From Negaprion brevirostris (taxonomy: Eukaryota): a DNA stretch of 64,000 nucleotides. The position numbers and the translations under genes are program-made. This document shows, piece after piece, positions 41,630 to 54,914 of this stretch (position 1 is the first letter of the stretch; each line of letters starts with the position of its first letter). The stretch spans positions 9,991,059 to 10,055,058 of the forward strand of contig JARDVH010000121.1 in NCBI GenBank assembly GCA_030324005.1, written 5' to 3'. The notes under the pieces are model-generated. The model was not told where the DNA came from, ran no database searches, and saw only the letters and a program-made list of their open reading frames with translations.

Positions 41630-41777
41630 TGACAGCATTGAAATTCAGTTAAATCTGCAAGCTAGAGTTGGTAATGGTGGCATTGATTCAGTCATTGGTT
41701 GGCGTGCATGTTATCCTGGTTCATTAGCGCACTTCAACAAAGGAAATCTGCACTTTAACAAAGGAAATCTGCACTTT
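41630..41777 (+). mobile_element. Degenerate Deu-SINE core with a 21-bp tandem duplication
   Basis: gaaattcagttaaatctg...ctggttcattagc...aaggaaatctgc. cacttYaacaaaggaaatctg occurs twice. Confidence 0.55.
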
Positions 41778-43070
41778 TGTCCAACACTATTCCAAAATAC
41801 TAACTCACATGTGCCCACTGAAAAGTCTCAAAATGCCACGCCGTTAAAGGCAATTATGTATCGATGTCATTTACCTCTCACCAAAATAAGGAAAGTTGCA
41901 AAATAAAAATGACTAAACGGGTTGTTTTCAGGAGAAGTAAGATGAAGAGCTTTCCCCTGAGATCCGTTGTAAAAACTAATTTAAATTCTGAAAGCAATGT
42001 AGGAAATGAGCAACCATTGCAGTTGGATCGAGAATGCATTTTACGTGAACATGTAGCAAAGAATAAAACAGTATCAAGTGTGGAACTGCAACAAGATATT
42101 GGACCCAAGGAGGATATAAGCAAAATGGGAGTGGTATCATTTCGCTGCAACATGTTTGTTTTGTATTTCGTTAACAAAGAGGTAGAGTTGACAGATTCAT
42201 ATTGAATGCAACCTACATATATAAGCTTTGATTGCAACCCTCAGAAGGGAAAGTCGGAACAAGATATGAGGGGTGATTATTTGAGAAAGTTGACCGACAT
42301 GAAGGATAAATCAATAGCTGCAAAGCAACACCGCTGCTGGGATGTTTTCGGATATCGAAAGACATTTGACCAAAAATTTGGTTAATTAAGCAAACGTATT
42401 GCAGATTAGTGTTTTTTTTTAAGAAACTACATGTTTAACCAACTCACTTCTGAGACACATAATAGTGGATGTGTGAAAACATTGGCGTTCAGCATTTGGA
42501 CTTGTAAACCCATTTTGTAGAGCACCACATAATAAGGAGGTTACCAAAGTTGAAGACCATTGAGTGAAATTCTTATAGGAACATGGAAGACGGACAGGTT
42601 AAGCAACATGAAATAGAACATTCGTGCCGGCATGTTTAACAGCACACAGCACCATCGCTATTGAGGTTCTGCACTCTTTCATTGTAAGGGTGTACCAGGC
42701 CCCGTTCAAGATTTTCAGTTGAAACAATGCTTTGAAATTCGCCGAATGCTGTAATGAATGTAGAGCCGACTTTAATTTGGCAAAAAACAAACGACGAGGC
42801 ATTGAGGCTAGGTCAGCGGAGTCGGAGTAGAGGAGGGGATTGGGGGCATGCACAACCACAGAATTTTGTCGAGTTGGTGCAATTTGCTACTGACGATTGA
42901 ATGCAGTCCTGCAAAGTTAGGAATACATTGGATTAACTGAATATTGTGAGCTATTTCTAGTTGGCGCAGCGCTGTGAAACTTCGATCAGAAACTGAAGCT
43001 GAACAACAGCTCTTGCATCAAATGTGCGTGTTTTAGATTTTACTTACGCGAATAATTCATTTTCTTTTAG

Positions 43071-43097
43071 ATGAGAAATTGAAAGGGAAAGTGAAAG
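43071..43097 (+). CDS. 27-nt micro-exon (D)EKLKGKVK
   Basis: Acceptor ttcattttcttttag, donor aag|gtgata. Confidence 0.7.
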
Positions 43098-46067
43098 GTG
43101 ATAGTGTTAAAATTGTTTTTGGACAGTTCCTTTAAATTTCAACAATTATATCGCCACCCAGACCTCCGCCCCCTCATCCGCAATAGACACGCATTTGCGC
43201 ACGGAGGCACAAACGGACGGTGGAGTGTACATGTGAAATGTATTGATACAACTGACTAATGTGCACAGGCAGAACCAGCCAATTTTTCAAGGCATTTCTC
43301 AAAAAACATTTACTTGTGAACCAGCGTGAAGAAATCAATATTTCCACTCTTATTACATGCCATCCAAGATTCAGGACATTTGTTTTAAACTGTCCAACGC
43401 CATGAAAAACAATTCCCTGCCGTTGTGTCGGTTAAATATTTTAAGATTCGGTATCCCTGTGTCTCGATGTTTTGTCTCGATGTCTCAAAACGATAAGGAA
43501 CCGAAATGGATTCCTCTTTGGGTGGTTATCTGTATGGAAAGTGCACATTCTGCCCATATATGCATTGTTTTAATTTGTGTCTTCTGGTTTCTTGGTGCAT
43601 CAGACAATCCTGTTCATGTTATTACTATAAATAATATTGCGTAGTTGTTTTTATATTTATTATTGGTAGCAGAATTTTTAGTAGATCTACAACAAAAAAA
43701 CAAAATTGTGAATAGCAGCGGCAGGAATTCAACTATTTTTATCTCCTTGATTCCATGCTTTAAATTCCCCGGTGTTGCTCAAAACGATTTCTGAAACTCA
43801 ATACATTTTTCCTCTTGTGATAGCACAGCAGGTTTCGGGACTTTCATTCCAAAACAAGAAGGCCTATACTTTTGCAAGCTTTATTTTCCAAAATATAATC
43901 AGCAAGGATGAAAAGCACGTTACCGATTCAAAATAATAGTTAAAGCTATCAATCTGTCTCCCTTTGACAGTGGAATATTTCAGAATTATTGCATTATCAA
44001 TTATGGAATTGATATTTGTGCAGTTTGTCCACCTTATTTTAAAAAAAACACGCCTACATTTGGAATGTGCTGCTGCATAACCAAACAAGTGACTAACAAC
44101 GTATACAGGAATAGTGCTTCGCACACTGGATAACTTTTCACAATTCATTATGTTTATGTCTGCAATGAACATGTTTTTTTTTAACGCAACTTTTCTGTCA
44201 CTTCATATCACCACAATCTCCGTTGTATACAAAATACACATTGAAACATTTGGACGAATTTCAAAGAATAACATAGCCGCGCTTTGAAGTCAGGCAAGTG
44301 CATTTGCTGCCTGGCACTCTGCGTTACTTAGCTTTCTTACGATTCCACCAGGTTGTAACTTCAGCCTCATCATTGATGTATACCTCACCCTTTGTTCCAA
44401 ACTGATTATCCTTAATTCCATTTCCCGCATAACATTTGGCCCCATTATTTCACTCGGAAAACGATATCGCATTTCGGTGTCTTTTATCATCCAATTAAAC
44501 CGTGTACCATTCGTCGACAGTTCAGTGAACAAGGGACAAATTTTGAGCGCGTGTTTCCTGATGCCTACAACTGTAGGCCCTGTAATAAGTCTTCGGAGGC
44601 AGAAATTCCTTCACAAAATCACTGTTTACAAACTCTTAACAACAGTACATCGAATGCTAGCAGTTAACTTTCAATCTCTGAGGGAGTTAGAGGAAATGAC
44701 ACCCGTGATTTAGTACAAGGCAAAGTCTCTCTGATTGGCCTATTAAATAGATCCTTAATGAGAGAGTTCATTCTCGAATAGGACAACAACAATTGCACGA
44801 TTGAAATAATTACAGTGTCAAAATTATGCACTTGAATATATCCGGAGGAAAGTTAAATGGAAGGTTCCGCTCAAAATGATGATACATCAGAGGTGTGCAC
44901 AGCCGTTCGGGTGTAGTTTAAATAATACGATTTGCTGCTTGATTTTTTTTTTTGCATTCGTACTCAATCTCCCTTGCAATACTCGCCGGTATTCTATTTG
45001 GTTTATCGGTTGAAAAATGCGAACTGACACAAAAAAGCTCACTCTGCGCATTTCCATTTCTATGGTGTTTTCAGGAAAGTCGAATGTTCAAAAAAAAAAA
45101 GCCAACATGCAATTATTGGGCATTTTGTCATCAGGATCCTGTTCAAATATGCAACAAGATAACGCCTGATCTTGTGTTAAGTTAAACATCACATTGCTGT
45201 TTACGGTTGGTGACTTTTCAGGATGTTATCAATCGAAGGCACATGTACCACTCCCTTAATGCTCCTTCCAATATATTTTCGGAAAAAATGTTCCATGCAT
45301 TAACGAGTTTGAGAGAAAATAGAAAACGGTCTTTTCAGAAAGAAGCAATATCATGTCCGACCATTCAGGGCGGCATGATTTTCCCATTCCGTTGCAGTAT
45401 ATTTAGATTTGACATGTCTCCGAATTCTGTATTTTCGCTGCAACTAGATCATGGAGTAAATTGCATTAGAATCGCACCCCTCTTTAAACTGTTTGAAACC
45501 CCATTTACAAATCTATCCTGTTTATGACTTTTGGGTTCATGATGTCTCCAAAAACAATTAATACAAAGCAAATGACATTTTACTTACAAAAAAAACATGT
45601 ATTACACTTTTAAAACATATTGCTTGAGTCCTCTGTTTTCGATTTTGACTGTTGTTGCTATTTTTTTCTCTACCGGTTGCAGTTCCACCTGCGTCTCCTT
45701 CAAAAGATCCATACTATTTGTGGCAATGCCAATTATAGTTCAATGTACTGCTTACTTCTAATTTCTGGCAAGCAAGTTCATCGTTACCGGCAAATTGATT
45801 TGTTTTCCTGATCAGTTGAAGAGGAGTCGAACAAGAACAGTAAAGGTAATTTCCTATTCAATCCTACAACTTGGAAGAATGAGTTTTAGGTTCATACTAT
45901 TTCCTTCGTGGGTGGGCACTGGCAACAACAGCTAAAATCAATATGAGAAATATGGTGAATTTGAGTATTTAAAAAAGAGAACTGTTACACGGCGGAAACT
46001 CACATTAATTTCGTTCTTAAAATTGGCTGTATTTTGATCACGTATTTCGTTTTAAACCTTAAAAGGT

Positions 46068-46710
46068 GGGAGGTGATGGTCAAAAGGTATCAACTCTTGA
46101 TCATTGATCTATGAACTGAACTAATGTGCTGGGGACCCGGGTTCGAACCCCATCAATGCAATTGGTGCAACTTGAATTCAAGAAAGTAGCTGAAATTAAT
46201 ATTCCATTCATGCTATGAAACAATTATGAANNNNNNNNNNNNNNNNNNNNNNNNNNNNNNNNNNNNNNNNNNNNNNNNNNNNNNNNNNNNNNNNNNNNNN
46301 NNNNNNNNNNNNNNNNNNNNNNNNNNNNNNNNNNNNNNNNNNNNNNNNNNNNNNNNNNNNNNNNNNNNNNNNNNNNNNNNNNNNNNNNNNNNNNNNNNNN
46401 NNNNNNNNNNNNNNNNNNNNNNNNNNNNNNNNNNNNNNNNNNNNNNNNNNNNNNNNNNNNNNNNNNNNNNNNNNNNNNNNNNNNNNNNNNNNNNNNNNNN
46501 NNNNNNNNNNNNNNNNNNNNNNNNNNNNNNNNNNNNNNNNNNNNNNNNNNNNNNNNNNNNNNNNNNNNNNNNNNNNNNNNNNNNNNNNNNNNNNNNNNNN
46601 NNNNNNNNNNNNNNNNNNNNNNNNNNNNNNNNNNNNNNNNNNNNNNNNNNNNNNNNNNNNNNNNNNNNNNNNAGAAAGCCATTCGGTTTCACGTAAACCT
46701 CTTTGTGAGC
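46068..46710 (+). mobile_element. SacSINE1-like Deu-SINE split by an N gap
   Basis: gggaggtgatgg...ctaatgtgctggggacccgggttcgaacccc...ttgaattcaa. Resumes after the gap with aaagccattcggtttcac. Confidence 0.7.
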
Positions 46711-47289
46711 AACATATGCTGGCATGGCAACGACGCTCATTTCATTCGAATGATTGGAAGCATTAGGTAGAACAAATCGATTCTGTTCAGCGTTGTCTGG
46801 CTTATGCGTTGCCTCAACTGACATTTCTTCCACTGTAAACCAACGTACAGACAACATACGTCCTCATTTATTTCATCAGTCAGATAACACACCTCGTTTT
46901 TGTTCTCAGTTCGTGAAATTAAAGCATACCTTCTATACTCTGCGATATTTTACAACTCACAAAATTGTATTGGACTTCCAAGGGTTGAGTTCCCTATTTG
47001 TAGTCACTTTCAGCAAAACTAACCCTTTCGATTTTTCCAGGGATTCCTCTATATCATATATGATGACCTCCTCTGCATTCATCGTGTGTTGCAATTTGTG
47101 ATTAGATCAGTCGACATACATGGAGATCGACATTTGATTGGCCCTTTTTCAACTTTTTTTAATTGAGCAATGCATTCAGATTTCAATGATCGATTTTTTT
47201 TTGCGAACACCAGTGAACCCAACGCATATTTCTTTACATTATCTTGCAATATATTGTCAATACAGTGTCCCAATATTTAGCAAATAAGC

Positions 47290-47545
47290 CTCAAAGCGCA
47301 AGTGACTTGGGTTTGATATTCAACTTGGGTCACTGCATATGCAGAATTTGCACGCTCTCCCCGTGTATCCAAGTGTGTCTCAGGTTTCCTCCTACACAGT
47401 CCGAACGAAATGTTGCTTCGGCGCATTGGTCATGTTAAATTATCCCTCAGTGTACCCGAATAGACGCCCAAGTGAGGCGACTAGTTGACTTTCAAAGCAA
47501 CTTAATTGCAGTGTTAATGTTAGCCTCCTTGAGACATTAATAACA
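47290..47545 (+). mobile_element. V-SINE of the non-CR1-tail subfamily
   Basis: gaatttgcacgctctccccgtgt...ggtttcctcc...gtgtacccgaa...ttgcagtgttaatgttagcctccttgagacattaataa. Confidence 0.8.
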
Positions 47546-49226
47546 TAATAGATTTTATTAATTTAAAAAAGATGGAATCTGCATTTTAATACATTTATAA
47601 CGTCAGTTGAGACGTGACGAGGTAGCTCCTCACAGAAATGTAGCAAACTACCTGATGCAGTTTAAAATATTTCACCATAAGGACGAAACTTTCTTTGCTT
47701 TACCGACACACAGTGAAAGAATACCAACGTCATTGCAAGTCAATGCAATGCTTTCTTTACGGGTAAAACGGGAAAAAAAAATCCCATTTAATTGTTCGCG
47801 TTATGCTTGTAAGTATTTGAGCTGAGAAGTTTGGAAACTTCTGGCAATAAAACAAACTGGCAAATTACACGTCAATTTGGAAGATCTTCCTTTATAGATG
47901 TCTTCCACGCTGGGGCCTGCTGCTGCCATTTGAAGAATACATACAAGAGAAGATTGTTTCAAAGCAATCCTGGTACTTTGATGCATCTGTTGGGCAGTTT
48001 GATGGGATCAGCTGCAGAGTTTCCAAATTCAGAAATGTTAATGCACGCGCTCTTGTCGTGGCTTCAGTGTAAGTGTTCAGTTCCACTTTTTTGCTAAAAG
48101 TTAGCTCCATTTTGTTGAAGTATAGTCTCAAAGATTGGGATGCCAGTGAAAGTCAAGAAAACATAGTGTCACTGAATTGTTATAATACAGACGGAATCCA
48201 TTTAAAATTGCAGCAAAGCATGCCAGATCAGCGAAATGTACGTTTTTGTACCTCAAGACTGTTTGGGCTGTTATTGTACATTTTGTACACTCCACTTTAT
48301 TATCAATTTGGTTTTGAAGGTCACCATATAAAAAGTTATCTCCAACTACATAGAGAACAATTTAGGAATCTAACATACTAACTTGAAATGCCTTTTTGGT
48401 CATGTCGTTATTCATTTTCTTGTTTGCTGGTAATCTTAAATTAATGCCCTGTGTTATCCACCCCTCAAGCCATGGAAGAGTTTGTCAAAATCGCTGCTGC
48501 CCAGACGGCTCATGATTCTGAAAATAACTCCAAATTTCTCTTTAAATGTATTTTGCGTAAGTAGAGCAACCATATCATCTCAAAGCTATCATCCAAAATC
48601 AATCTCCCGTTCGTTTCATCTGTAAATGGTCAGTTAATGTGCACTATACTTGAGGCTGCAGACAACGATACAATTGATGTTGGACCATTTGTCTAAAAAG
48701 AAAAACTTGCACTGCAGAATTTATTGGAGAACATATTTCCTTGTTCGAGTTGCGTGGCTTGTATAGGCATAGGCCAACGACAAAGGTACATTCAGCCCAT
48801 CATACCCACACCCTCTCAACCCAAGCCACACGTCACCACATCTTTGAATAGAATGTGGTCGATTTACTGACTTCATCGCATGGCAGTCAAATTTGTAAGT
48901 GTAGTTGACAGCACGCTATCATTAGAACCAAACGGTTTTATATTTAATACTTGTGTTCAATACCAATCTACAGTCTGAATACTTCTCAATGAGAAACCAA
49001 TTTTGTGTAATGGACAAAATATGGCATGTTCGCAAATTAATGCACGTCATTCCCATTAGTGTAGCCTTCAAAGACAATAACTTCACCGCACATGTTTGTC
49101 TTTCATTCGGATCCACGTGCCCCACTCCCCCCCCCACCCCACCCCCAAGGGCTGAAGGATTTTCCCCACCTGCAGATGATGCCGAGTATTAAGGAACCAT
49201 TTGCAGTTATTTATTTTTAATTTCAG

Positions 49227-49262
49227 ATCGTATTGACACGAAAGAAAAGTTGGAAGAAGCAG
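49227..49262 (+). CDS. 36-nt micro-exon (D)RIDTKEKLEEA
   Basis: Acceptor ttatttttaatttcag, donor cag|gtcagaaaatg, nearly identical to the flank of 29302. Confidence 0.7.
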
Positions 49263-49479
49263 GTCAGAAAATGTACCGTGCTACGAGGAATTGTAATAGT
49301 CTGAATTCAACGCATTTCCATTCATGTATACCTCGCTTTTATTGGAGTTCGCTAAAAAAAATCAATATAAATGCTCACGATGTGGATTGCATGTTCTGAG
49401 ACACAGATTGTGAAGAAGAAACATTTAAATGTTTTAATATTTAAAATATACATACAATGCTCTATGACCAAGGAAATTT

Positions 49480-49670
49480 CACCAGTGAAGTTTAATATTG
49501 ATGAGCATGAAAGAAATAACATTCAATGGATACACCACAAAGCAAAGACTGACCAGCAGCGTCTGTTTCCTCCTCAGAAGGCATTACGAAGACGGCCGCA
49601 CTGATTATTTGATTTTTTTTTTGAAACGTATGTATTGGCAATATGAATGAGCTGTTGAAGTCATCTATAT
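49480..49670 (+). mobile_element. Degenerate Rex1-like fragment
   Basis: cagcagcgtctgtttcctcctcagaagg resembles the AQQRL..LRRL motif of Rex1. Confidence 0.45.
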
Positions 49671-49849
49671 ATATTTTTTTCTCTGCCATTTACGAAGACG
49701 CTTGTTGATTTGACATTCGTCTCAACTTCGCTGAACCTACACCCTATCTCGACTTTGAATGCCGTTTGTAGTCAAAACAATATATCGACCTTGTCTCAGA
49801 AATAATCATTGACCCAAGTTGCACCCCTACTTCGGGGAATGTTTCCATA

Positions 49850-49975
49850 GGCTCTGACGAAGTATCATCGAAACTCCAAACGTTGCCTCTACTCTCTCTC
49901 CACAGACCCGCAGAAGCTTTCCAGCAATTTACTGTTATTTTTTCTAGATTCCAGAAACTACAGTAGTTTGCACTG
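49850..49975 (+). mobile_element. Degenerate Penelope pseudo-LTR end
   Basis: ctctgacgaag...aaacgttgcctctactctctctccacaga, homologous to 35675-35730. Confidence 0.7.
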
Positions 49976-50071
49976 TTATTTTAAACTCTGTCTTTTATAG
50001 TGTGAAGAATCAAATTTGGTCATGGCTAACCAAATTTGATTTTTCGGAAATCGATGTCCAATGTACACAGG

Positions 50072-50144
50072 ACATAGAACATAGAACATAGAACATAGAA
50101 CATTACAGCGCAGAACAGGCCCTTCGGCCCACGATGTTGCGCCG
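50072..50144 (-). mobile_element. Young CR1 or SINE 3' end with (CATAGAA)4 tail, running into a gap
   Basis: acatagaacatagaacatagaacatagaacattacagcgcagaacaggcccttcggcccac. Confidence 0.85.
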
Positions 50145-50993
50145 NNNNNNNNNNNNNNNNNNNNNNNNNNNNNNNNNNNNNNNNNNNNNNNNNNNNNNNN
50201 NNNNNNNNNNNNNNNNNNNNNNNNNNNNNNNNNNNNNNNNNNNNNNNNNNNNNNNNNNNNNNNNNNNNNNNNNNNNNNNNNNNNNNNNNNNNNNNNNNNN
50301 NNNNNNNNNNNNNNNNNNNNNNNNNNNNNNNNNNNNNNNNNNNNNNNNNNNNNNNNNNNNNNNNNNNNNNNNNNNNNNNNNNNNNNNNNNNNNNNNNNNN
50401 NNCTACATATCAAGATGTTGAACATTCGTGGCTTTACATTTTACTTATACAAAGAAGTCTAATAAAGTATGCAAAAACGACTTGCTCTGCAAGACGCACT
50501 ATCAATGAGTATTCGCACTGGCGTGTTCCAAATACGTTGCTCTAACGTCTTCAGCAACAGTCCCCCACACTTAGAGATGACTAGTGACAATGATACTGCA
50601 TTATAATGCCTGTTTTTCTTTCCTGTCCCTCTACCGAAAAACAAACGTTGCATTCCTTATTTGCTAATTCTGCATTTCACCATCAACGGTAACATTGCTA
50701 ATTAACTTCCATGGATCTAGTACCTCAGCAAACTTAAACCATTACAATTAAGATGTCGGTCGTGGCATGGATACTTGTCAGCTCTTACATCTAATTACAT
50801 TTCGAAATCTATGTCGCCCCTCCTGTTAGTTGATTTAAGTTCTTCTCTTCATTTAATGTACTGTTTTGAGTATATCCCTGGCTTCGCGTTTGAATTCCCT
50901 AAAATTGAGGAAGACAAACATAAAACGCTTGATCAATTCAAACCCCCTCGCATATTTGTAATCTGATGTGGAGATACTTCTTACTGGTAAACA

Positions 50994-51064
50994 CAGCAAG
51001 AAGTCTCACAACGCCAGGTTAAAATTGGTTTTACTTTAACCTGGTGTTATGAGACTTCTTACTG
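50994..51064. repeat. Hairpin formed by two inverted Penelope termini
   Basis: cagcaagaagtctcacaacgccaggttaaa / tttaacctggtgttatgagacttcttactg. About 30-bp arms, same terminus as 3475-3500. Confidence 0.8.
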
Positions 51065-52004
51065 ATTTTAATTTTGCGGGCCTACGCTTTGAACAGTCTT
51101 GCGTGATTTTTTTTTGTCCTTTTTTTTGCAGAATATCACACTAACTTTTTTTTTACTTAAAGCGATTATCACCCTTAACTGACTCGGAGCCTCGTTCAAA
51201 ATATTCATTTTGAAGTGCCAATTATCGCCTTGAGATTGTCTCAAAATAATTCATGAACATTCCGTTTCAGGTGAAGACCATGTCACTCATACATCTCATA
51301 ATTCCACCGATCATCATCAGTGGAAATTATTTCCTCCCACACCAGTATTGAAACGATCCAACGCATTTACCCGACAGCTATTATTCGGATATTTAGATAT
51401 TGATCCACATGTTGTTAAATTGAGGTTCATTTTCTTCTAATTCAGCTTTCAATGGGATAGGCAGCCAAGTACGCCAAATTTCCTTAACATCGACATTTAT
51501 CTTATACATAGATCGACCACGGGGAATGCATTTTTCTGCATTCATGTAAATCTTGTTCTCTGCCTGAGAACAAAATCCGCATTAATATCACGGGCAAGGT
51601 CACAATAGCTCCATGTTATCGATTACGTACNNNNNNNNNNNNNNNNNNNNNNNNNNNNNNNNNNNNNNNNNNNNNNNNNNNNNNNNNNNNNNNNNTTTTT
51701 TTAATAAATGGTGGCGTGGACACTCGATCAACTGCTCAGAAAACCTTCCTATAAGCTCGTGAGGTCTCAAACCTGTTGGACAATTTAAACGTTGTGTCAT
51801 CTTCCTTTCGATGTTTGGTTTGCTTCACGTCACACCTTTCTCCACTTAACCATATGCTATACAAAAAATCGATTTTGGAACATGTCACTTTAATTCATGA
51901 TTTGCGTACTGCACCAGAGATTATAAGAGTAGTCAGGATCCTCTGAGAAGTGCAGCCAATGCATCAACCTCAGGAATATTTTTTTTTTTAAAGACAGCAT
52001 CGTC

Positions 52005-52500
52005 GAAAGTAGGGGCAGAAGTAGGCCATTCAGCTCTTGGAGCCTTTAACAACATTCAGTAAGATCTTGGCTGGTAATTCACTATATCTTCACACCCCTT
52101 GATCCCTTCAACGACAAAGGCCACGTCCATCTCCCTCTTCAACACATCTAAAGAATAGGCCCCGACAGCGTTCTGCGGTAGAAAATTCGACATGGTTGCA
52201 ACTCTCTAAGTAATGATTTTCTTCCTCTTGCCAGTGCTGAATGGCCTACCTTTATTCACAGACTTTTCTCCCCGCAAATCCCCAACATCGGTACCATTCT
52301 TCCCGCATCTAGCCTGCCCAGTCGCATCAGAATTTTGTACATGTCTATGATTCCAGTGAGTACTAGCTCAGTCGATGCAATCTCTCTTCATAAGATAGTT
52401 ATCCCATTCCATGAATCTGTCTACTGAACATTCGCAGAACTCCTGCAACCTGAAAGAAAGTGCTCCCTTATACCAGGAAAGCAAAACTGCACGGTATCCC
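52005..52500 (-). mobile_element. CR1 LINE 3' fragment
   Basis: taggggcagaagtaggccattcagc...ttctgcggtagaaaattc...aaaactgcac. Confidence 0.8.
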
Positions 52501-52723
52501 ATGTAGCCTCTGGGAATTACATACTATCGTCTCCATATTATTGACGTTATTGCACTGCACACTTTAGGACATATGCATGCCCTTTATCAAAAGAAGAACT
52601 TGTGCAACAGAAATTACATTTGGTAATTCGCTTTAACATGCAGCGCGGATTTCTATTCTTAATTTCTAACATGCAACAATTGGAGCGTTTGTTGAAATGC
52701 AGTTGTCTCCGTCTTTTGAGCAG

Positions 52724-52750
52724 AAAGAAAACTCAAAGCTACAGCAGAAG
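52724..52750 (+). CDS. 27-nt micro-exon (E)RKLKATAE with GC at the donor
   Basis: Acceptor ctccgtcttttgagcag, boundary aag|gcagct. Paralogue of 36112. Confidence 0.5.
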
Positions 52751-53446
52751 GCAGCTAATATTTCCTGAAACAAATAACATGTGGTCATTGCATATAATCT
52801 TTCTCACTTTGGAAAATGTAAATTCACAACGCCTCAAAGCATTCAGAAAAAAACAACCCATGCGACATTCGAAGTGATCTGCTGTGGATGTTGTTTTCCT
52901 TCTGAGGTGCGGAGTTTTGGCTGAAGCTTAAATGGGTAGTTGGTAAGAATGAACAAAATAAGACATGGCACAACTTCTAGTATCTAAACCACTGACTGAA
53001 CAATTGCCAGTCATCTTAACGGCAAGAATAAGTTAATGTCATTAGAGTTTTTGGTGAACAGTAATGTCGTATATTTAGAATCAAGAAATTTAGCGCACAA
53101 TAGGCTAATTGCGAAATTGATTCGAGGCAGGCATCTACTTGCAGACGGAGTTAGAGAGTGGTGGGCGGGAAAGATCAAAATTCAAAATGGTTAGCAACGC
53201 TATCCATGTATCTAATTTTGGCCTGACCAGGTTTCGCGTATTGTACGCAGGGTTGGTCATCCTTATGGATAATGACACGAAGCGTTGGGGAGGCAGTAAA
53301 CATGCTGAGGTGGATAATAGGAGATATCCACGAATTTATATTTAAGACAACAATAGGCCAATTGGAACTGACAAACGGTGACTTGATAAATGTGCTAAAA
53401 TCAGCGAAACAATGCGTGCCATTTCACGGAGGAATATAGACAGAAA

Positions 53447-53472
53447 TATATATATATATATATATATATATA
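53447..53472. repeat. (AT)n microsatellite
   Basis: Directly visible. Confidence 0.9.
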
Positions 53473-54349
53473 AGTAACAATGGTTGCCGATGTTGAAGGC
53501 ATTTTAATATCATTTTTGAACATAACTTTCAATAGACTGCATATCTTGAAAATCGGCCAGTAGTTATATTTGCATCATAGTCATCTGGTGAGTTGTTGGA
53601 ATTGACGACACGGCAGCATTGCTATCGTTCAGGAACTAAGTTTTTGGTATAAAACCAAAAGTGAAGTTACAACATTGTAACAGCTGGAGAAGAATATTGA
53701 CAGAAGTTCTGCAAGGATACGGTTACCGTTGACTCAATTCGTGACACTGTTCTTTAGATTCAGGAACTATTTGTTCCTTGTATAATTTCTGAGTCTCGCA
53801 TTTAAACCCCAGAAGGAACAGATTTGGGATCCAGAAAATTGATGTAACAATAAAAAGATATACCGAACATTCAGTTAATTAAATTTGTTCCCTACGTTGC
53901 GACAATCAAAATAGCCTAGAAAAAAATGGAATTTAAGTGAAACATATGCCCACACTTTATTCTGTATTGATGCGTTGTTGAGCCGCCAAGTCTTAATACT
54001 ACCTCAGTGAAAACAACTTTTTAAATTTGCTTTGCACATCACCCGATATTGTGCGTTGCCATTGCGTTCATCTGCTGCTTAAATGTGAACGATTCAAATG
54101 TTGAGTACTATGTAGCCCTCCGGGACAAAACATGCGCTTCAGAAAATTTAAACAACAAAGTACATTTAGATGTTATTCGATGAAAGATGGAATAAATGAA
54201 ATCAAATTGGGCTGCGCGACGAGGAGTTAAAGAGAACAACTGCTCAGTTGTGGTGAAGGTTTGGATGAAGCTGGGGAAAACATCTGAGAAGCTTGACTCG
54301 AGGTCAGAAGCTGACAAATATGGGCAGTTTTTCGTGCTTAAAATTGCAC

Positions 54350-54665
54350 TGAGGCACAATGTTTACTACTGCTGCCTCACCGCTCCACCTATCCGAGTTA
54401 AATTCCGGCCCTGGTTTACTGTCGGTGTGGAGTTTGCAAGCTGTCTCCATTTCTCCGGGTGGTAACGCAGGGTTCTCAAGTATGTGCAGAAAAATTGGAT
54501 TTGCCATGGTAAGCTGCCCCTAATGTGTAGCCTATGTGGATTAGGGGTGATGCATGCCCTTGATCGTGGGATGGGGCAGAGACATGGACAGATGCAATTC
54601 GAAGGGTCGGTGTAATTTCGATGGGCCGGTTGGCCCTTTCCTGCCCTGCAGGGATTCTTACTTAT
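54350..54665 (+). mobile_element. HE1-like V-SINE with CR1-type tail
   Basis: actgctgcctcac...gtgtggagtttgca...gatgggccggttggccc...gggattct. Confidence 0.8.
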
Positions 54666-54914
54666 GAAAGTAGAAAGCAATTTTCAGATCCAATTTTGTG
54701 GTCAATAATTAGAGCCAAAATTGTTTCCTGGATTCTCAAGGAATTTGGAGTTTGGAACATAATTGGTTTGATGATATATCATATTATATATGATGTGACA
54801 TTGTGCTATATATATGTAATAAACGTGTATTTATTAGTCACAAGTAAAACTTACATTAACACTTGACGAAGTCATTGTGGGATTCCCATTGATATAGGCA
54901 CAGATATGGATGTA

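Noticed and set aside
46125-46155. tRNA-like B-box ggttcgaaccc
   Set aside because: Part of a SINE head, with no cloverleaf.
46213-46857. Long ORFs in the track (46213, 49976, 60172 and similar)
   Set aside because: They are open only because they run through N gaps.
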